Shown in pieces: positions 1 to 9,907 of a stretch of DNA of 64,000 nucleotides (its first letter is position 1; every line of letters begins with the position of its first letter). Below the pieces are notes generated by a model. The model searched no databases, was not told the origin of the DNA, and saw only the letters and a program-made list of their open reading frames with translations. The translations under genes and the position numbers were made by a program. Source of the stretch: a virus; the IMG/VR virus record IMGVR_UViG_3300035670_000162, positions 6,428 to 70,427 of that record. One strand, given 5' to 3'.

Positions 1-144
1 TTAATTCAAAATGTAGTAGATGAGTATGACATGTTTAAAAAGCATACTCTTCAGTCCGCAAGAATTCTTCATCAAACACAGTCTTGGTCCGCAGTAGCTG
101 ATATGATCATTGAGCGGATCGAAGATTTTGAAAAAAATCTTTAA
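1..144 (+). CDS. 3' end of a probable GT-B (GT4-like) glycosyltransferase, truncated by the window edge
   Basis: Frame 1 reads LIQNVVDEYDMFKKHTLQSARILHQTQSWSAVADMIIERI..., resembling the C-terminus of 49581..50660 (NNYEYIKQKTYNSAKIIHKEYSWNTV). Confidence 0.6.
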   Translation, partial: LIQNVVDEYDMFKKHTLQSARILHQTQSWSAVADMIIERIEDFEKNL

Positions 145-216
145 TCTACCCTAGTATATCTTGTTTTTAATTACCATTTTAATTGGTATTATTTTATTTG
201 TCATTTTGGAGGCTTT

Positions 217-2145
217 ATGAAAAACGTTATTACACCGGAATTTATTGAACAGTATGTAGACAAAACCCCGCCATGGGGTTTCAACGGGATGGGCGAAATT
301 GTTTATCGAAGAACATATTCAAGAGACATTCCAGCTCTAGGGCGTAAAGAGTATTGGTTTGAAACAATAGCTAGAGCTATCAATGGTGCTCAAGATATTG
401 GTGCAGGATATACAAAAGAAGAGGCCGAAAGGCTGTTTGATTATATTTTTAATCTAAAGGGTATTTTTGCTGGTAGGGCTTTATGGCAGCTGGGTACTCC
501 GCTAGTTAGACAGATGAGCGGCGCTTCTTTGGTGAACTGTTGGATGACTACTATTTCTAAAGTAGAAGATTTCCAATTCCTGATGGATCATTTAATGGTT
601 GGTGGTGGTGTTGGATTTACTGTTGAAAGATCTGTTATCCATGATCTTCCTAAAGTTCGATCTGTAAGTAAAATTATTCATGAAAAGTCTAATGATGCTG
701 ATTTTATTGTTCCAGACTCTAGGCAGGGGTGGTCGTCCCTTCTTGGTAAGGTTTTAAATAGTTATTTTTATACTGGTGAGTCTTTTACATATAGCACAAT
801 TCTTGTCAGAGGGTACGGTGCGGCTCTAAAGACTTTTGGTGGCACAGCTTCCGGTCCTGAAGTTTTAATTGAAGGTATTAGTGATATTTGCAATATTTTG
901 GATAGGCGTGTTGGTAAAAAGATTAGGTCTGTTGACGCTTTAGATATTTGCAATATTATTGGAAAAATTGTTGTTGCTGGGTCGGCACGCAGGTCTGCTC
1001 AAATTGCAATAGGTGATCCAGATGATTTCTTGTATCTAAGGGCTAAAAATTGGGGTAAGGGGGACATCCCAGCATGGAGGGCAAACTCCAATAACTCTGT
1101 TTTTGCCGACTCTTACGATGAAATTATTGATGAATTTTGGAAAGGCTATGATGGCACAGGAGAGCCGTATGGGCTTATCAATCGTGATTTAATTCGCAAA
1201 ACTGGCCGTCTTGGTGAAAAAATCAATGATAACAAGGTAATTGGTACTAATCCTTGTGGTGAAATTGGTCTTGAAGACGGCGAGCCTTGCAATCTTGCTG
1301 AGATATTTCTTCCAAATATTTCTTCAAAAGAAGAGCTGCTTGATTTGAGTAAGCTTTTATATAAAACTCAAAAAGCTATTACAACTCTTGACTATCCATA
1401 TGCAAAGTCACAGTCTGTAATTCACAGAAATCGCAGACTTGGTCAGGGGATTACTGGCTGGCTTCAGGCCACAGATGAGCAGTTGTCATGGATTGACGAG
1501 TGCTATACAAGTCTCAGAGAGTTTGATTCTGAGTGGTCTAATAAGATTGGGATTAACTCATCAATCAAGCTTACAACTGTAAAGCCTTCCGGAACTTTGA
1601 GTCTGCTAGCTGGCGTTACTCCTGGCATTCATCCAGCATATTCAAGATACTACATTCGCAGAGTTCGTATGGGTAGTAGTGATCCATTGGTAAATTATTG
1701 TCGTGAAAAAGGTTACGACGTTGAATATGATATTGGTCTAGATGGTAAAGAAAATCATACAGTTTGTGTTATTTCTTTTCCATGCGAAACTCCAGATCAC
1801 GCTGTGCTTGCAAAAGATTTGACAGCTATTGATCAGCTTGAGTGGGTTGTGAAAGCTCAATCGGTCTGGGCAGATAACAACGTATCTGTAACAGTTTATT
1901 ATCGTAAAGAAGAGCTTTCTGATATTCAGAAATGGATGAAGAAAAATTATAAAAATTCTTTGAAGTCTGTATCTTTTCTTCTACATAGCGACCATGGTTT
2001 TGCACTGGCTCCATATGAAGAAATTGATGAAGATCAATATCTCAAGATGAGGTCAAAGATTAAAAATATTTCTTTTGTTGATCAAATTAATGAGTTTTCA
2101 TTAGAAGATCTTGAGTGCGAAGGTGGAGCTTGCCCTATCCGATAA
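217..2145 (+). CDS. nrdJ: Class II (adenosylcobalamin-dependent) ribonucleotide reductase
   Basis: TNPCGEI active-site loop, TVKPSGTLS motif, C-terminal CEGGACPIR; SD GGAGG; no beta subunit in the window. Confidence 0.92.
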   Translation: MKNVITPEFIEQYVDKTPPWGFNGMGEIVYRRTYSRDIPALGRKEYWFETIARAINGAQDIGAGYTKEEAERLFDYIFNLKGIFAGRALWQLGTPLVRQMSGASLVNCWMTTISKVEDFQFLMDHLMVGGGVGFTVERSVIHDLPKVRSVSKIIHEKSNDADFIVPDSRQGWSSLLGKVLNSYFYTGESFTYSTILVRGYGAALKTFGGTASGPEVLIEGISDICNILDRRVGKKIRSVDALDICNIIGKIVVAGSARRSAQIAIGDPDDFLYLRAKNWGKGDIPAWRANSNNSVFADSYDEIIDEFWKGYDGTGEPYGLINRDLIRKTGRLGEKINDNKVIGTNPCGEIGLEDGEPCNLAEIFLPNISSKEELLDLSKLLYKTQKAITTLDYPYAKSQSVIHRNRRLGQGITGWLQATDEQLSWIDECYTSLREFDSEWSNKIGINSSIKLTTVKPSGTLSLLAGVTPGIHPAYSRYYIRRVRMGSSDPLVNYCREKGYDVEYDIGLDGKENHTVCVISFPCETPDHAVLAKDLTAIDQLEWVVKAQSVWADNNVSVTVYYRKEELSDIQKWMKKNYKNSLKSVSFLLHSDHGFALAPYEEIDEDQYLKMRSKIKNISFVDQINEFSLEDLECEGGACPIR

Positions 2146-2155
2146 TTTAAGATTT

Positions 2156-2229
2156 TCCGGAGTAGCACAATTGGCAGTTGCGCCTGACTGTTAATCAGGA
2201 TGTTGTAGGTTCGATCCCTACCTCCGGAG
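2156..2229 (+). tRNA. tRNA-Asn (GTT), no encoded CCA
   Basis: Acceptor TCCGGAG/CTCCGGA, anticodon arm CCTGA-CTGTTAA-TCAGG, T arm GTAGG-TTCGATC-CCTAC. Confidence 0.95.
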
Positions 2230-2235
2230 CTTTTG

Positions 2236-2273
2236 TAAAAAACCGTACCAAAATGGTGCGGTTTTTTACTTTT
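2236..2273 (+). terminator. Intrinsic terminator, possibly bidirectional
   Basis: AAAAAACCGTACCA-AAA-TGGTGCGGTTTTTT hairpin with A and T tracts. Confidence 0.75.
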
Positions 2274-2312
2274 TATGTGCATTTTTGTACATATTAGTGT
2301 ACTATATTCTTT

Positions 2313-2657
2313 ATGGATACAGGTTTTATCAAAAATAAAGGACTTCATGTTCCAAAAGAAATATTTGGTGTATGTATATGGATAATGCCTGATGGTAAAC
2401 CTTTGTCTGATGGGGATGGGGTTTTGTGTGCGGAGGGACTTTTGGATGATAAAAATATCGAAAGGCAGGTCGCAGAAGCTGCCAAATATTGGACAGGTAG
2501 TGATGAAGGATATGCCACATGGGTTGGTGGAGCAAGAAAAGTTACGGGTTCAGAGAGAGATGATCAAGCTGAACGCCTTGCTAATGGTTTAAATCCGGAT
2601 CCTTATCAGGATATTGTGGAAGCTGCTGCTCTTAAAGAGCTTCGTAGGAGATCATAA
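2313..2657 (+). CDS. Hypothetical protein upstream of portal
   Basis: 114-aa ORF, TAATG overlap with portal, upstream TGTACTAT-type -10. Confidence 0.75.
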   Translation: MDTGFIKNKGLHVPKEIFGVCIWIMPDGKPLSDGDGVLCAEGLLDDKNIERQVAEAAKYWTGSDEGYATWVGGARKVTGSERDDQAERLANGLNPDPYQDIVEAAALKELRRRS

Positions 2658-4267
2658 TGGCTGGCGAGATGACTTATATCAAAGACTCAGAAGATGAATT
2701 TTTTATTGATGATGTAGATTATTTTCAAGTTCTTAGAAAAACTGAAAATTCAGATCCTTTTAAGAAAGTTAGATATGAATCGCTTTCATCTAAGATGAAA
2801 AGAAAAGCTACAAAGTTACAAAAAAAATATGAAGGTATTGAGGGTACTGGGACTAAATACATAGACCCAGAAGAGCTTGACGGGTATTCTTTATATGATG
2901 TCGTGACTCCGCCATACGATCTTTTGAATCTAGCTGATTTATTTGACTCTAGTGCTATTCATAATGCAGCAATAACAGCTCGCGTTATGAATACTGTTGG
3001 TCTTGGTTATTCTTTCTCTGAAACTTTTAAATCAAAAAGGCGTCTTGAAAAAGCTCAAGAAAATCCTGAAAGGCTTAGTCGTGTAAGAAAAGCTATTCAG
3101 GATATTAGGCAAGATCTTGAAAATAAATTTGAAATTTTTAATGAAGAAGAAACTTTTATTGAAACTATTGTAAAAGTATGGACTGATTATTTAACAACTG
3201 GTAACGGGTATCTAGAAATTGGTAGAACAAATTCAGGACAGATTGGTTACATAGGTCACGTTCCGTCAGTTTTGATGAGAGTTCGCCGTCATCGCGATGG
3301 TTTTGTGCAGATTGCTAAAAGCAATAAAATACAAGCAGTATTTTTTAGAAATTTTCAAGATTTTGAAACTCAAGATCCAATTAATTCTGATCCAAGCCCA
3401 AATGAAATTATTCATTTTAAAGCTTATTCTCCTAATAATACGTATTATGGAATACCATCTGCTGTTTCAGCAGCTGCTGCTATTGTTGGTGATAAATTCG
3501 CAAAAGAATATAATATCGACTATTTTGAAAATAAAGCCATTCCTAGATATGCAATTATTGTAAAAGGTGCTAAGTTAAGTAATAAATCTAAGCAAGAGCT
3601 TGTAAATTATTTTCGTCAAGAAGTAAAAGGAAGAAATCATGGAACACTTATTGTTCCACTCCCATCTTCTCTTGGTGGGGATACTGATATTAAGTTTGAA
3701 AAACTTGAAGCCGGAATTCAAGATGCTTCTTTTGATAAATATAGAAAAGCTAATAGAGACGAAATTTTAGTCGCAAACAGAGTTCCCGCACCAAAAGTTG
3801 GTGTTTACGACAATGCAAACCTTGCCGTTTCAAGAGACGCTGACAAAACATTTAAAACTCAAGTTATATCACCAGATCAGTCTATTATCGAAAAAAAATT
3901 AAACAGGATTATTTCTGAATTCACAGATCTTGTCGAATTTAGATTTGATCGGATTGATCTTATTGACGAAGATATCCAATCAAGAATCCATGATAGATAT
4001 CTTAGGACTGAAGTGATAACACCTAATGAAGTTCGTAACGAGCTTGGGATGCCAGAAAGAGTCGATGGAGATATGCCTCTCCCATTCCCAACAAAGCTTA
4101 AAAAAGAACAAAATCCAGGTCCTGGCGCTCCATCAGGAAATAGTAATAATCAAAGCGCCTTCCCGCCTAATGCAAGGGTTGACACCCCTGCTGGTGCTTC
4201 TGACCCAAGAGTTTCTGGGGATCAAGCTGAAAGAGGTCAAAATCAAGATACAGGAGGAAATCAATGA
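2657..4267 (+). CDS. Portal protein
   Basis: EIIHFK..YYGIP, YFENKAIP, RVP..KVG, ITPNEVRNELG portal-type motifs. Confidence 0.9.
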   Translation: MAGEMTYIKDSEDEFFIDDVDYFQVLRKTENSDPFKKVRYESLSSKMKRKATKLQKKYEGIEGTGTKYIDPEELDGYSLYDVVTPPYDLLNLADLFDSSAIHNAAITARVMNTVGLGYSFSETFKSKRRLEKAQENPERLSRVRKAIQDIRQDLENKFEIFNEEETFIETIVKVWTDYLTTGNGYLEIGRTNSGQIGYIGHVPSVLMRVRRHRDGFVQIAKSNKIQAVFFRNFQDFETQDPINSDPSPNEIIHFKAYSPNNTYYGIPSAVSAAAAIVGDKFAKEYNIDYFENKAIPRYAIIVKGAKLSNKSKQELVNYFRQEVKGRNHGTLIVPLPSSLGGDTDIKFEKLEAGIQDASFDKYRKANRDEILVANRVPAPKVGVYDNANLAVSRDADKTFKTQVISPDQSIIEKKLNRIISEFTDLVEFRFDRIDLIDEDIQSRIHDRYLRTEVITPNEVRNELGMPERVDGDMPLPFPTKLKKEQNPGPGAPSGNSNNQSAFPPNARVDTPAGASDPRVSGDQAERGQNQDTGGNQ

Positions 4268-4524
4268 TTGATGGACATATCGTGTTTTCAAACACAGCTT
4301 TAACAACTGGTGATGGAGAAACTACAATCTCTCATCACACTTATGCAATATATATGTTATGTGGATCTAATAATGATGTTGAAGTGAAATTAAATGGAAA
4401 ACATTCAGTTTTGCTACCGGCAAGAAATGATCATGGTCACGCATACGTTATTGTGCCTGGTGATTACAACACTATTGAAGTTATAACTGATAGCTCAACT
4501 ATTAGTGTATTCGCAATAGGGTAA
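4264..4524 (+). CDS. Small beta-rich virion-associated protein
   Basis: SD AGGAGG, ATGA overlap with portal. Confidence 0.65.
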   Translation: MIDGHIVFSNTALTTGDGETTISHHTYAIYMLCGSNNDVEVKLNGKHSVLLPARNDHGHAYVIVPGDYNTIEVITDSSTISVFAIG

Positions 4525-4550
4525 TTTTTGATAGAATATATTGGAGGGGA

Positions 4551-4886
4551 GTGATGGCTGCTGAAAGAAATATAACAATATATCAAGGAGATACATATCT
4601 TCATGATGTAACCATTAATGACTCTTCAAATTCCGCAATAGATATTACCAATCGGACCTATTCAGCTCAGATTAGACCATTTAGAGGCTCGTCAACACTT
4701 ATCGCTTCTTTTACTACTGAGATAGTTTCTGCCGAAAATGGCCAGATGAGATTTTCTTTAACTCCTGAGCAAACATCAAATATTGAAATTGGTACATATA
4801 TATATGATTTACAACAGATTGACTCTGGAATTGTTCTTACATTGATGGCAGGAACCGCAACTGTAGTCGGGCAGGTATCTGTATGA
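4551..4886 (+). CDS. Virion protein with BppU-N-like Ig fold
   Basis: ITIYQGDTY...IDIT...SAQIR...LTPEQT...YIYDLQ pattern. Confidence 0.65.
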   Translation: MMAAERNITIYQGDTYLHDVTINDSSNSAIDITNRTYSAQIRPFRGSSTLIASFTTEIVSAENGQMRFSLTPEQTSNIEIGTYIYDLQQIDSGIVLTLMAGTATVVGQVSV

Positions 4887-5161
4887 GCGCTCAAGTTACT
4901 ACTATAACGGTCTCCCCTTCAGATTCTTCAGTTATTACTTTAGTGGAAAATCAAAGTACAGTTATTTCAGTTACTAATACAGATACTACTGTATTGCAAG
5001 CAGCCCCTGCTATAATAGCTTTAGGTCAAACTTTAATTTTATCTAATGATATTCCATTAGAGCTTGCAGAAACAGGTTCTGCTGGTATATCTAATACGGT
5101 TTCAAGATCTGATCATGTGCATCCATCAACTGGTATGCTTTTAAATGGAGGTAATTTTTAA
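4883..5161 (+). CDS. Small virion/fibre-associated protein
   Basis: SRSDHVHP fibre motif, ends in LNGGNF like the next gene (FDGGTF). Confidence 0.6.
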   Translation: MSAQVTTITVSPSDSSVITLVENQSTVISVTNTDTTVLQAAPAIIALGQTLILSNDIPLELAETGSAGISNTVSRSDHVHPSTGMLLNGGNF

Positions 5162-6802
5162 ATGTCTAATACAATCAGAATTAAAAGAAGAGCTACCGGC
5201 TTAGCTGGTGCTCCATCAACACTCAAGAATGCAGAGCTTGCATTTAATGAGGTTGATAATGTTTTATATTACGGTAGCGGTGCCGATGTAAATGGTGACG
5301 CTAATACTGTAATCTCAATTGGCGGTACTGGTGCTTTTGTGGGTCTAGCTGGGACTCAGACTATAACTGGTGCAAAAACATTCTCTGGTACTGTTGCCCT
5401 AGGATCAAGCGCCACAGCCACGACTAAAAGCGCCGGGGATAATTCGACATCTGTTGCAACAACTGCATATGTTGATAATGCCGTAACAGGTTTAAGCTCG
5501 TCTCTTGTTGTTGCTGGCGATACTGCCAATACAACAGTTGTTGTTGGAACAGACACTTTAACGATCTCTGGCGGCACAGGTTTGAGTTCTGCTGCAACTA
5601 CTGACACTATCACTATCAATCTAGATAACACAGCAGTCTCTGCTGGATCTTATGGTAACGCAGTTAGCGTTGGAACATTTACTGTTGATGCTCAGGGTCG
5701 TCTTACATCTGCAAGCAATACTGCTATCGCCATTCCTTCGACAGCGGTTACTGATTTCACAGAGGCCTCTCAAGACGTTACTGGTGCTCAGATTGTTACT
5801 AATGGTAGCCATACAGGTATTAGCGCAACTTATGATGATGGGACTGATGGCGGCATCAATCTGTCTCTTACAGACACAACTGTTACTGCTGCCTCTTATG
5901 GTACTGCTTCGTCTGTGGCTAGCTTCACAGTGGACGCTAAAGGTCGTCTGACTGCAGCTTCAAACACCACAATTTCTATCACGTCTTCTCAGGTGAGTGA
6001 TCTGTCTACCAGCGCTGTTACGTCTATCGTTGGGACTACTAATGAAGTAACGGTAAACACATCTACTGGATCTGTTCAAATTGGTTTGCCTGACAGCGTT
6101 ACAATTAGCAATAACTTAACAGTAAGTGGTGATTTGACGGTAAATGGTACTACCACAACTATAAACTCTACAACTATATCTGTTGATGATAAAAATATAG
6201 AACTTGGTTCTGTTGCTTCACCAACAGACACTACTGCAAATGGTGGCGGTATCACTTTGAAAGGCGCAACTGATAAAACTCTTAACTGGGTCAGCTCAAC
6301 TGGAGCTTGGACATCTTCTGAGCATTTCAATATTGCAACTGGTAAAGAGTATCATATTAATGGCGCTTCTGTTCTTAACGCTACAACTCTTGGATCTTCT
6401 GTTGTTGCTTCATCACTAACTAGTGTCGGAACAATTGGAACCGGTATATGGCAGGGCACCGCTGTTGCTGTAGCTTATGGTGGTACTGGTGCTACGGACG
6501 CTGCAACAGCTAGAACCAACCTTGGTCTTGCTATTGGCACAAATGTTCAGGCTTACGATGCTGAGCTTGCAGCTATTGCTGGACTATCTTCGGCTGCAGA
6601 CCGTTTGCCATATTTCACGGGGTCTGGCACGGCCGCTCTTGCAACTTTCACAAGCTTCGGTAGATCACTTGTTGATGACACAAGTGCTTCAACAGCAAGA
6701 ACAACTTTGGGTCTTGGAACAATTGCAACTCAAAACTCTAACAATGTGACCATTACTGGTGGTAGCATTGATGGTATCACCTTTGACGGTGGAACTTTCT
6801 GA
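5162..6802 (+). CDS. Fibre protein with Mtd-like N-terminal attachment domain
   Basis: IRIKRR...P..L..AELAFNE..LYYG; repeated TVDAxGRLT; VAYGGTGAT; Thr/Ser/Gly rich. Confidence 0.75.
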   Translation: MSNTIRIKRRATGLAGAPSTLKNAELAFNEVDNVLYYGSGADVNGDANTVISIGGTGAFVGLAGTQTITGAKTFSGTVALGSSATATTKSAGDNSTSVATTAYVDNAVTGLSSSLVVAGDTANTTVVVGTDTLTISGGTGLSSAATTDTITINLDNTAVSAGSYGNAVSVGTFTVDAQGRLTSASNTAIAIPSTAVTDFTEASQDVTGAQIVTNGSHTGISATYDDGTDGGINLSLTDTTVTAASYGTASSVASFTVDAKGRLTAASNTTISITSSQVSDLSTSAVTSIVGTTNEVTVNTSTGSVQIGLPDSVTISNNLTVSGDLTVNGTTTTINSTTISVDDKNIELGSVASPTDTTANGGGITLKGATDKTLNWVSSTGAWTSSEHFNIATGKEYHINGASVLNATTLGSSVVASSLTSVGTIGTGIWQGTAVAVAYGGTGATDAATARTNLGLAIGTNVQAYDAELAAIAGLSSAADRLPYFTGSGTAALATFTSFGRSLVDDTSASTARTTLGLGTIATQNSNNVTITGGSIDGITFDGGTF

Positions 6803-6814
6803 TAGGAGTTTTTA

Positions 6815-7777
6815 GTGGCTAACACTATAAAAATTAAAAGCTCTGGGGTGACATCTAATACACCAGGGGCTTTGGAGCATGGGGAGCTTGCCATCAATTA
6901 TGCTGATGGCAAGCTCTACTATAAAAATAGTAGCAATACTATTGTTGAGTTTGGCGGAGGCGGTGGTGTAACAGACCACGGCGCCTTGACTGGTCTCGCA
7001 GACGATGATCATACACAATACCTGTTGGCTGATGGGACTAGAACCGCTACGTCTCTTACTGTTTCTGGTAATCTCACAGTAGATACTAATATGTTGTTTG
7101 TTGATTCCACAAACAACGAAGTAGGAATTGGAACCATATCGCCTACCACAAAGTTAGATATTCTCGGGCTGACTACTGAAGATCCTATTCTTTCTGTTCG
7201 TCATAACGGCGGCTCTGCTGGTCATGCCGGTATAGCCATGACGAGCACGGGATCGGGGGGCAGGACATGGACCCTCATTTCTGCCGATGCTGGGTATACA
7301 CATGGTGATGGCTTCCATGTTCTAAACAGCACCTCTGGTCACATGGTGAGCATAAAGGCTCTTGGAACCAATCTAGGTTCAATTGGTATCGGCACAACTT
7401 CGCCTTCAGCCGCCCTTGATGTCGTAGGTGACGCTGAGATCAATGGGAGTATGACTGTAACTGGCAACATCGTTTATACCCAAACGATGGACACGAAAAC
7501 CGCTTCCTATACGGTCGTGTCGTCAGATGTTGGCAAGCTCCTGTACATGAACAACGGTGCCAGCAACCACACGGTTACCGTGGACTCATCGACTGGGTTC
7601 TCAGTCGGCCAGAGGGTGGATATCCTCCGAACAGGTACTGGATCGGTGACTGTCGTGCAAGGGTCTGGGGCAACGGTCTATTACACCCCGGCGCTCACTC
7701 TTCGGGCGCAGAACTCTGCTGCGACTCTCGTTTGCACAGGCTCAAATCAGTACCATCTGATAGGAGACTTGGGCTGA
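6815..7777 (+). CDS. Second fibre protein (same N-terminal domain)
   Basis: IKIKSS...PGALEHGELAINYADGKLYY; VGIGTxSP repeats; C-terminal LRAQNSAATL...LIGDL. Confidence 0.7.
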   Translation: MANTIKIKSSGVTSNTPGALEHGELAINYADGKLYYKNSSNTIVEFGGGGGVTDHGALTGLADDDHTQYLLADGTRTATSLTVSGNLTVDTNMLFVDSTNNEVGIGTISPTTKLDILGLTTEDPILSVRHNGGSAGHAGIAMTSTGSGGRTWTLISADAGYTHGDGFHVLNSTSGHMVSIKALGTNLGSIGIGTTSPSAALDVVGDAEINGSMTVTGNIVYTQTMDTKTASYTVVSSDVGKLLYMNNGASNHTVTVDSSTGFSVGQRVDILRTGTGSVTVVQGSGATVYYTPALTLRAQNSAATLVCTGSNQYHLIGDLG

Positions 7778-8682
7778 TGTTGAGCAACCTTGGGATCATT
7801 GCGTCGGCTGTCGTACCCATCCCCGATCTTGTTGTCAACTATGTCGTGGTTGCAGGCGGTGGCGGTGGAGGCGGTGGTCGTGCCTCGTTCGGTGGCTCCG
7901 GTGGCGGTGCAGGAGGTTACCGCTCAACCGTTGGTACTTCGGGCGGTGGTGCTTCTGCTGAGAGTACCCTTACCTTGGCTACAGGGACTGCGTACAGCGT
8001 AACCATCGGCGCTGGCGGTGCTGGCGGTGGAGGAAATGCAAACGGTTCTGCGGGTTCGGGCACTACATTCCATACGATCACTTCGACTGGTGGTGGTCGC
8101 GGTGTTAGACCGAACGCAAACGAAGTACCTGGCGATGGCGGTTCTGGTGGCGGTGCTGGCGCTAACGACACGACCAGTCCTGGGTCTGGGACAACCGGGC
8201 AAGGTTATGCTGGCGGTACGACGTACAGCACTAGCCAGTCTGCCGCTGGTGGTGGTGGCGCTGGCGGTGTTGGCGGTCCTGCTGGTGGGTCCGGTGACAA
8301 TGGTGGTGACGGAGGTCTTGAAAAGACAATCGGATGGCCTGCCACTTCCATCTACTGGCTTGCTCATGGCGGCGGCGGTGCCTCGGACGACACAGTCACC
8401 GTCGGTTCGGGAGGCGACGGTGGTAACTCTGGTGGAACCGGCGGTGTTGACGGCGTAGGTGGCGGTCCTGGCGAGGCTAACGGCGGTGGTGGCGGTGGTG
8501 GTGGAGGGGCAGACCAAGCCGCAGGTGGTAGTGGAGGTAGCGGAGTGGTTTTCTTGTCCTTCCCAGAAGAGTACGATATTTCAACCTCTGGCTTGACCGT
8601 TAGCGTCAACACAACATATTTGGGCAACAGGTATGTCAGGATCACAGCCGGTACTGGCACTATTACTTGGGCGGTGGCGTAA
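7777..8682 (+). CDS. Glycine-rich fibre/receptor-binding-like protein
   Basis: VVAGGGGGG...GGGGAGG...GGSGVV pattern; ATG at 7777 overlaps upstream TGA. Confidence 0.7.
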   Translation: MLSNLGIIASAVVPIPDLVVNYVVVAGGGGGGGGRASFGGSGGGAGGYRSTVGTSGGGASAESTLTLATGTAYSVTIGAGGAGGGGNANGSAGSGTTFHTITSTGGGRGVRPNANEVPGDGGSGGGAGANDTTSPGSGTTGQGYAGGTTYSTSQSAAGGGGAGGVGGPAGGSGDNGGDGGLEKTIGWPATSIYWLAHGGGGASDDTVTVGSGGDGGNSGGTGGVDGVGGGPGEANGGGGGGGGGADQAAGGSGGSGVVFLSFPEEYDISTSGLTVSVNTTYLGNRYVRITAGTGTITWAVA

Positions 8683-9041
8683 TGGCGCACTACGCATTCT
8701 TGGATGAGAACAATGTTGTCGTAGAAGTCATCGTTGGCCTTGATGAGGGCGAAACGGACTGGGAAGAGTTCTACGGAAACTTCAGGGGTGTCCCTTGTAA
8801 GCGAACCTCGTACAACACGCGAGGCGGCGTTCACCTTTCCGGGGGCACACCGTTTCGAAAAAACTACGCTGGGATCGGTTTCACATATGACCAGACACGG
8901 GATGCGTTCATCCCGCCTCAGCCGTACCCGTCTTGGCTCTTGAACGAGGAAACTTGTCTTTGGGAATCTCCTGTGCTTGCACCAAATGACGGTTTAGATT
9001 ATGATTGGGATGAATCCACTTTACAATGGATAGAAATATAG
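8682..9041 (+). CDS. Small protein typically accompanying Gly-rich fibre genes
   Basis: MAHYAFLDENNVV...TSYN...RKNYAGIG.TYD..RDAFIPPQPYPSW; TAATG overlap. Confidence 0.7.
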   Translation: MAHYAFLDENNVVVEVIVGLDEGETDWEEFYGNFRGVPCKRTSYNTRGGVHLSGGTPFRKNYAGIGFTYDQTRDAFIPPQPYPSWLLNEETCLWESPVLAPNDGLDYDWDESTLQWIEI

Positions 9042-9064
9042 TTTATAATATTTAAAGGATTGAA

Positions 9065-9874
9065 ATGACAGAAACACTTTACCCGACAAGATATGGAACA
9101 AGATTGGTTACTATTGATCAACTTTTTGCTGAGCATCATGTTGATAAAATGCATCCAGAGTTTGCGAGAAGACTTCGCTCTTGGCTAATTGGCCAGGGTG
9201 GATTAGTCGGCATTGGCGGTAGCTGGAGGGCAATCGGTGATCAGCCGGATAAACCAGGTTTTGCCCCTGAGGGGAAAAGTTTTCATCAATTTCAACAGTT
9301 TCCATCAGGTCAATTTTTTTGTGCTGTTGATTTGGTGTGTAGAAATGGTTCCGCGGTTCATCGTGCTCCTAAATGGAGTGAGGTTCCAGTTCAGGGTTCT
9401 GATATATCTTTGTACTGGGGTGTTCATGCAAATGTGTCTACGGAAAGTTGGCACATGCAGCCAATCGAAGTTGACGGTTGGCAAAGTTGGGTAAATCGTG
9501 GCAGGCCCGATTTGGAATATAATTATGGGGTCTATTCAAAGGAGTTAACTATGAAAGTTGCTAATAATCCAAACAGAGTGTATGACACTCGAAAAGGGGG
9601 TAACCCATTTAAAGCAAAAGAGACTCGCGCTATCTATGTTCAGTCAGGGGTTTCTGCTGTTTTTGTAAACGTGACCGCTGTTGGTCCAAAGGGCACTGGG
9701 TTTATAACTGTGTGGGATGGTGGCGATAAGCCCGACGTTTCTCATCTAAATTATAGATATGGTGTTGATATTTGTAATGGCGTTTGGGTTCCAGTTGATC
9801 AGTCTGGTAAGCTTTTTATTTATTCACATAACGAGTGCCATTTACTAGTCGACCTTTTAGCTATTGCTAATTGA
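9065..9874 (+). CDS. Endolysin: M15-like Zn peptidase plus C-terminal putative cell-wall-binding domain
   Basis: R...SFHQ...AVD...ESWH zinc-peptidase pattern; C-terminal RVYDTR...VNVTAV...GFITVW...SHLNY domain. Confidence 0.7.
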   Translation: MTETLYPTRYGTRLVTIDQLFAEHHVDKMHPEFARRLRSWLIGQGGLVGIGGSWRAIGDQPDKPGFAPEGKSFHQFQQFPSGQFFCAVDLVCRNGSAVHRAPKWSEVPVQGSDISLYWGVHANVSTESWHMQPIEVDGWQSWVNRGRPDLEYNYGVYSKELTMKVANNPNRVYDTRKGGNPFKAKETRAIYVQSGVSAVFVNVTAVGPKGTGFITVWDGGDKPDVSHLNYRYGVDICNGVWVPVDQSGKLFIYSHNECHLLVDLLAIAN

Positions 9875-9907
9875 TGCCTTTATTATTATTTATGATATTA
9901 TTAAGTT

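Noticed and set aside
2082-2348. Minus-strand 88-aa ORF
   Set aside because: Antisense to tRNA-Asn and the terminator
5162-8682. Diversity-generating retroelement suggested by Mtd-like fibres and A-depletion elsewhere
   Set aside because: No reverse transcriptase and no template/variable repeat pair seen in the window
7790-8834. Overlapping alternative-frame and antisense ORFs in the Gly-rich gene
   Set aside because: Shadow ORFs of GGN codon repeats
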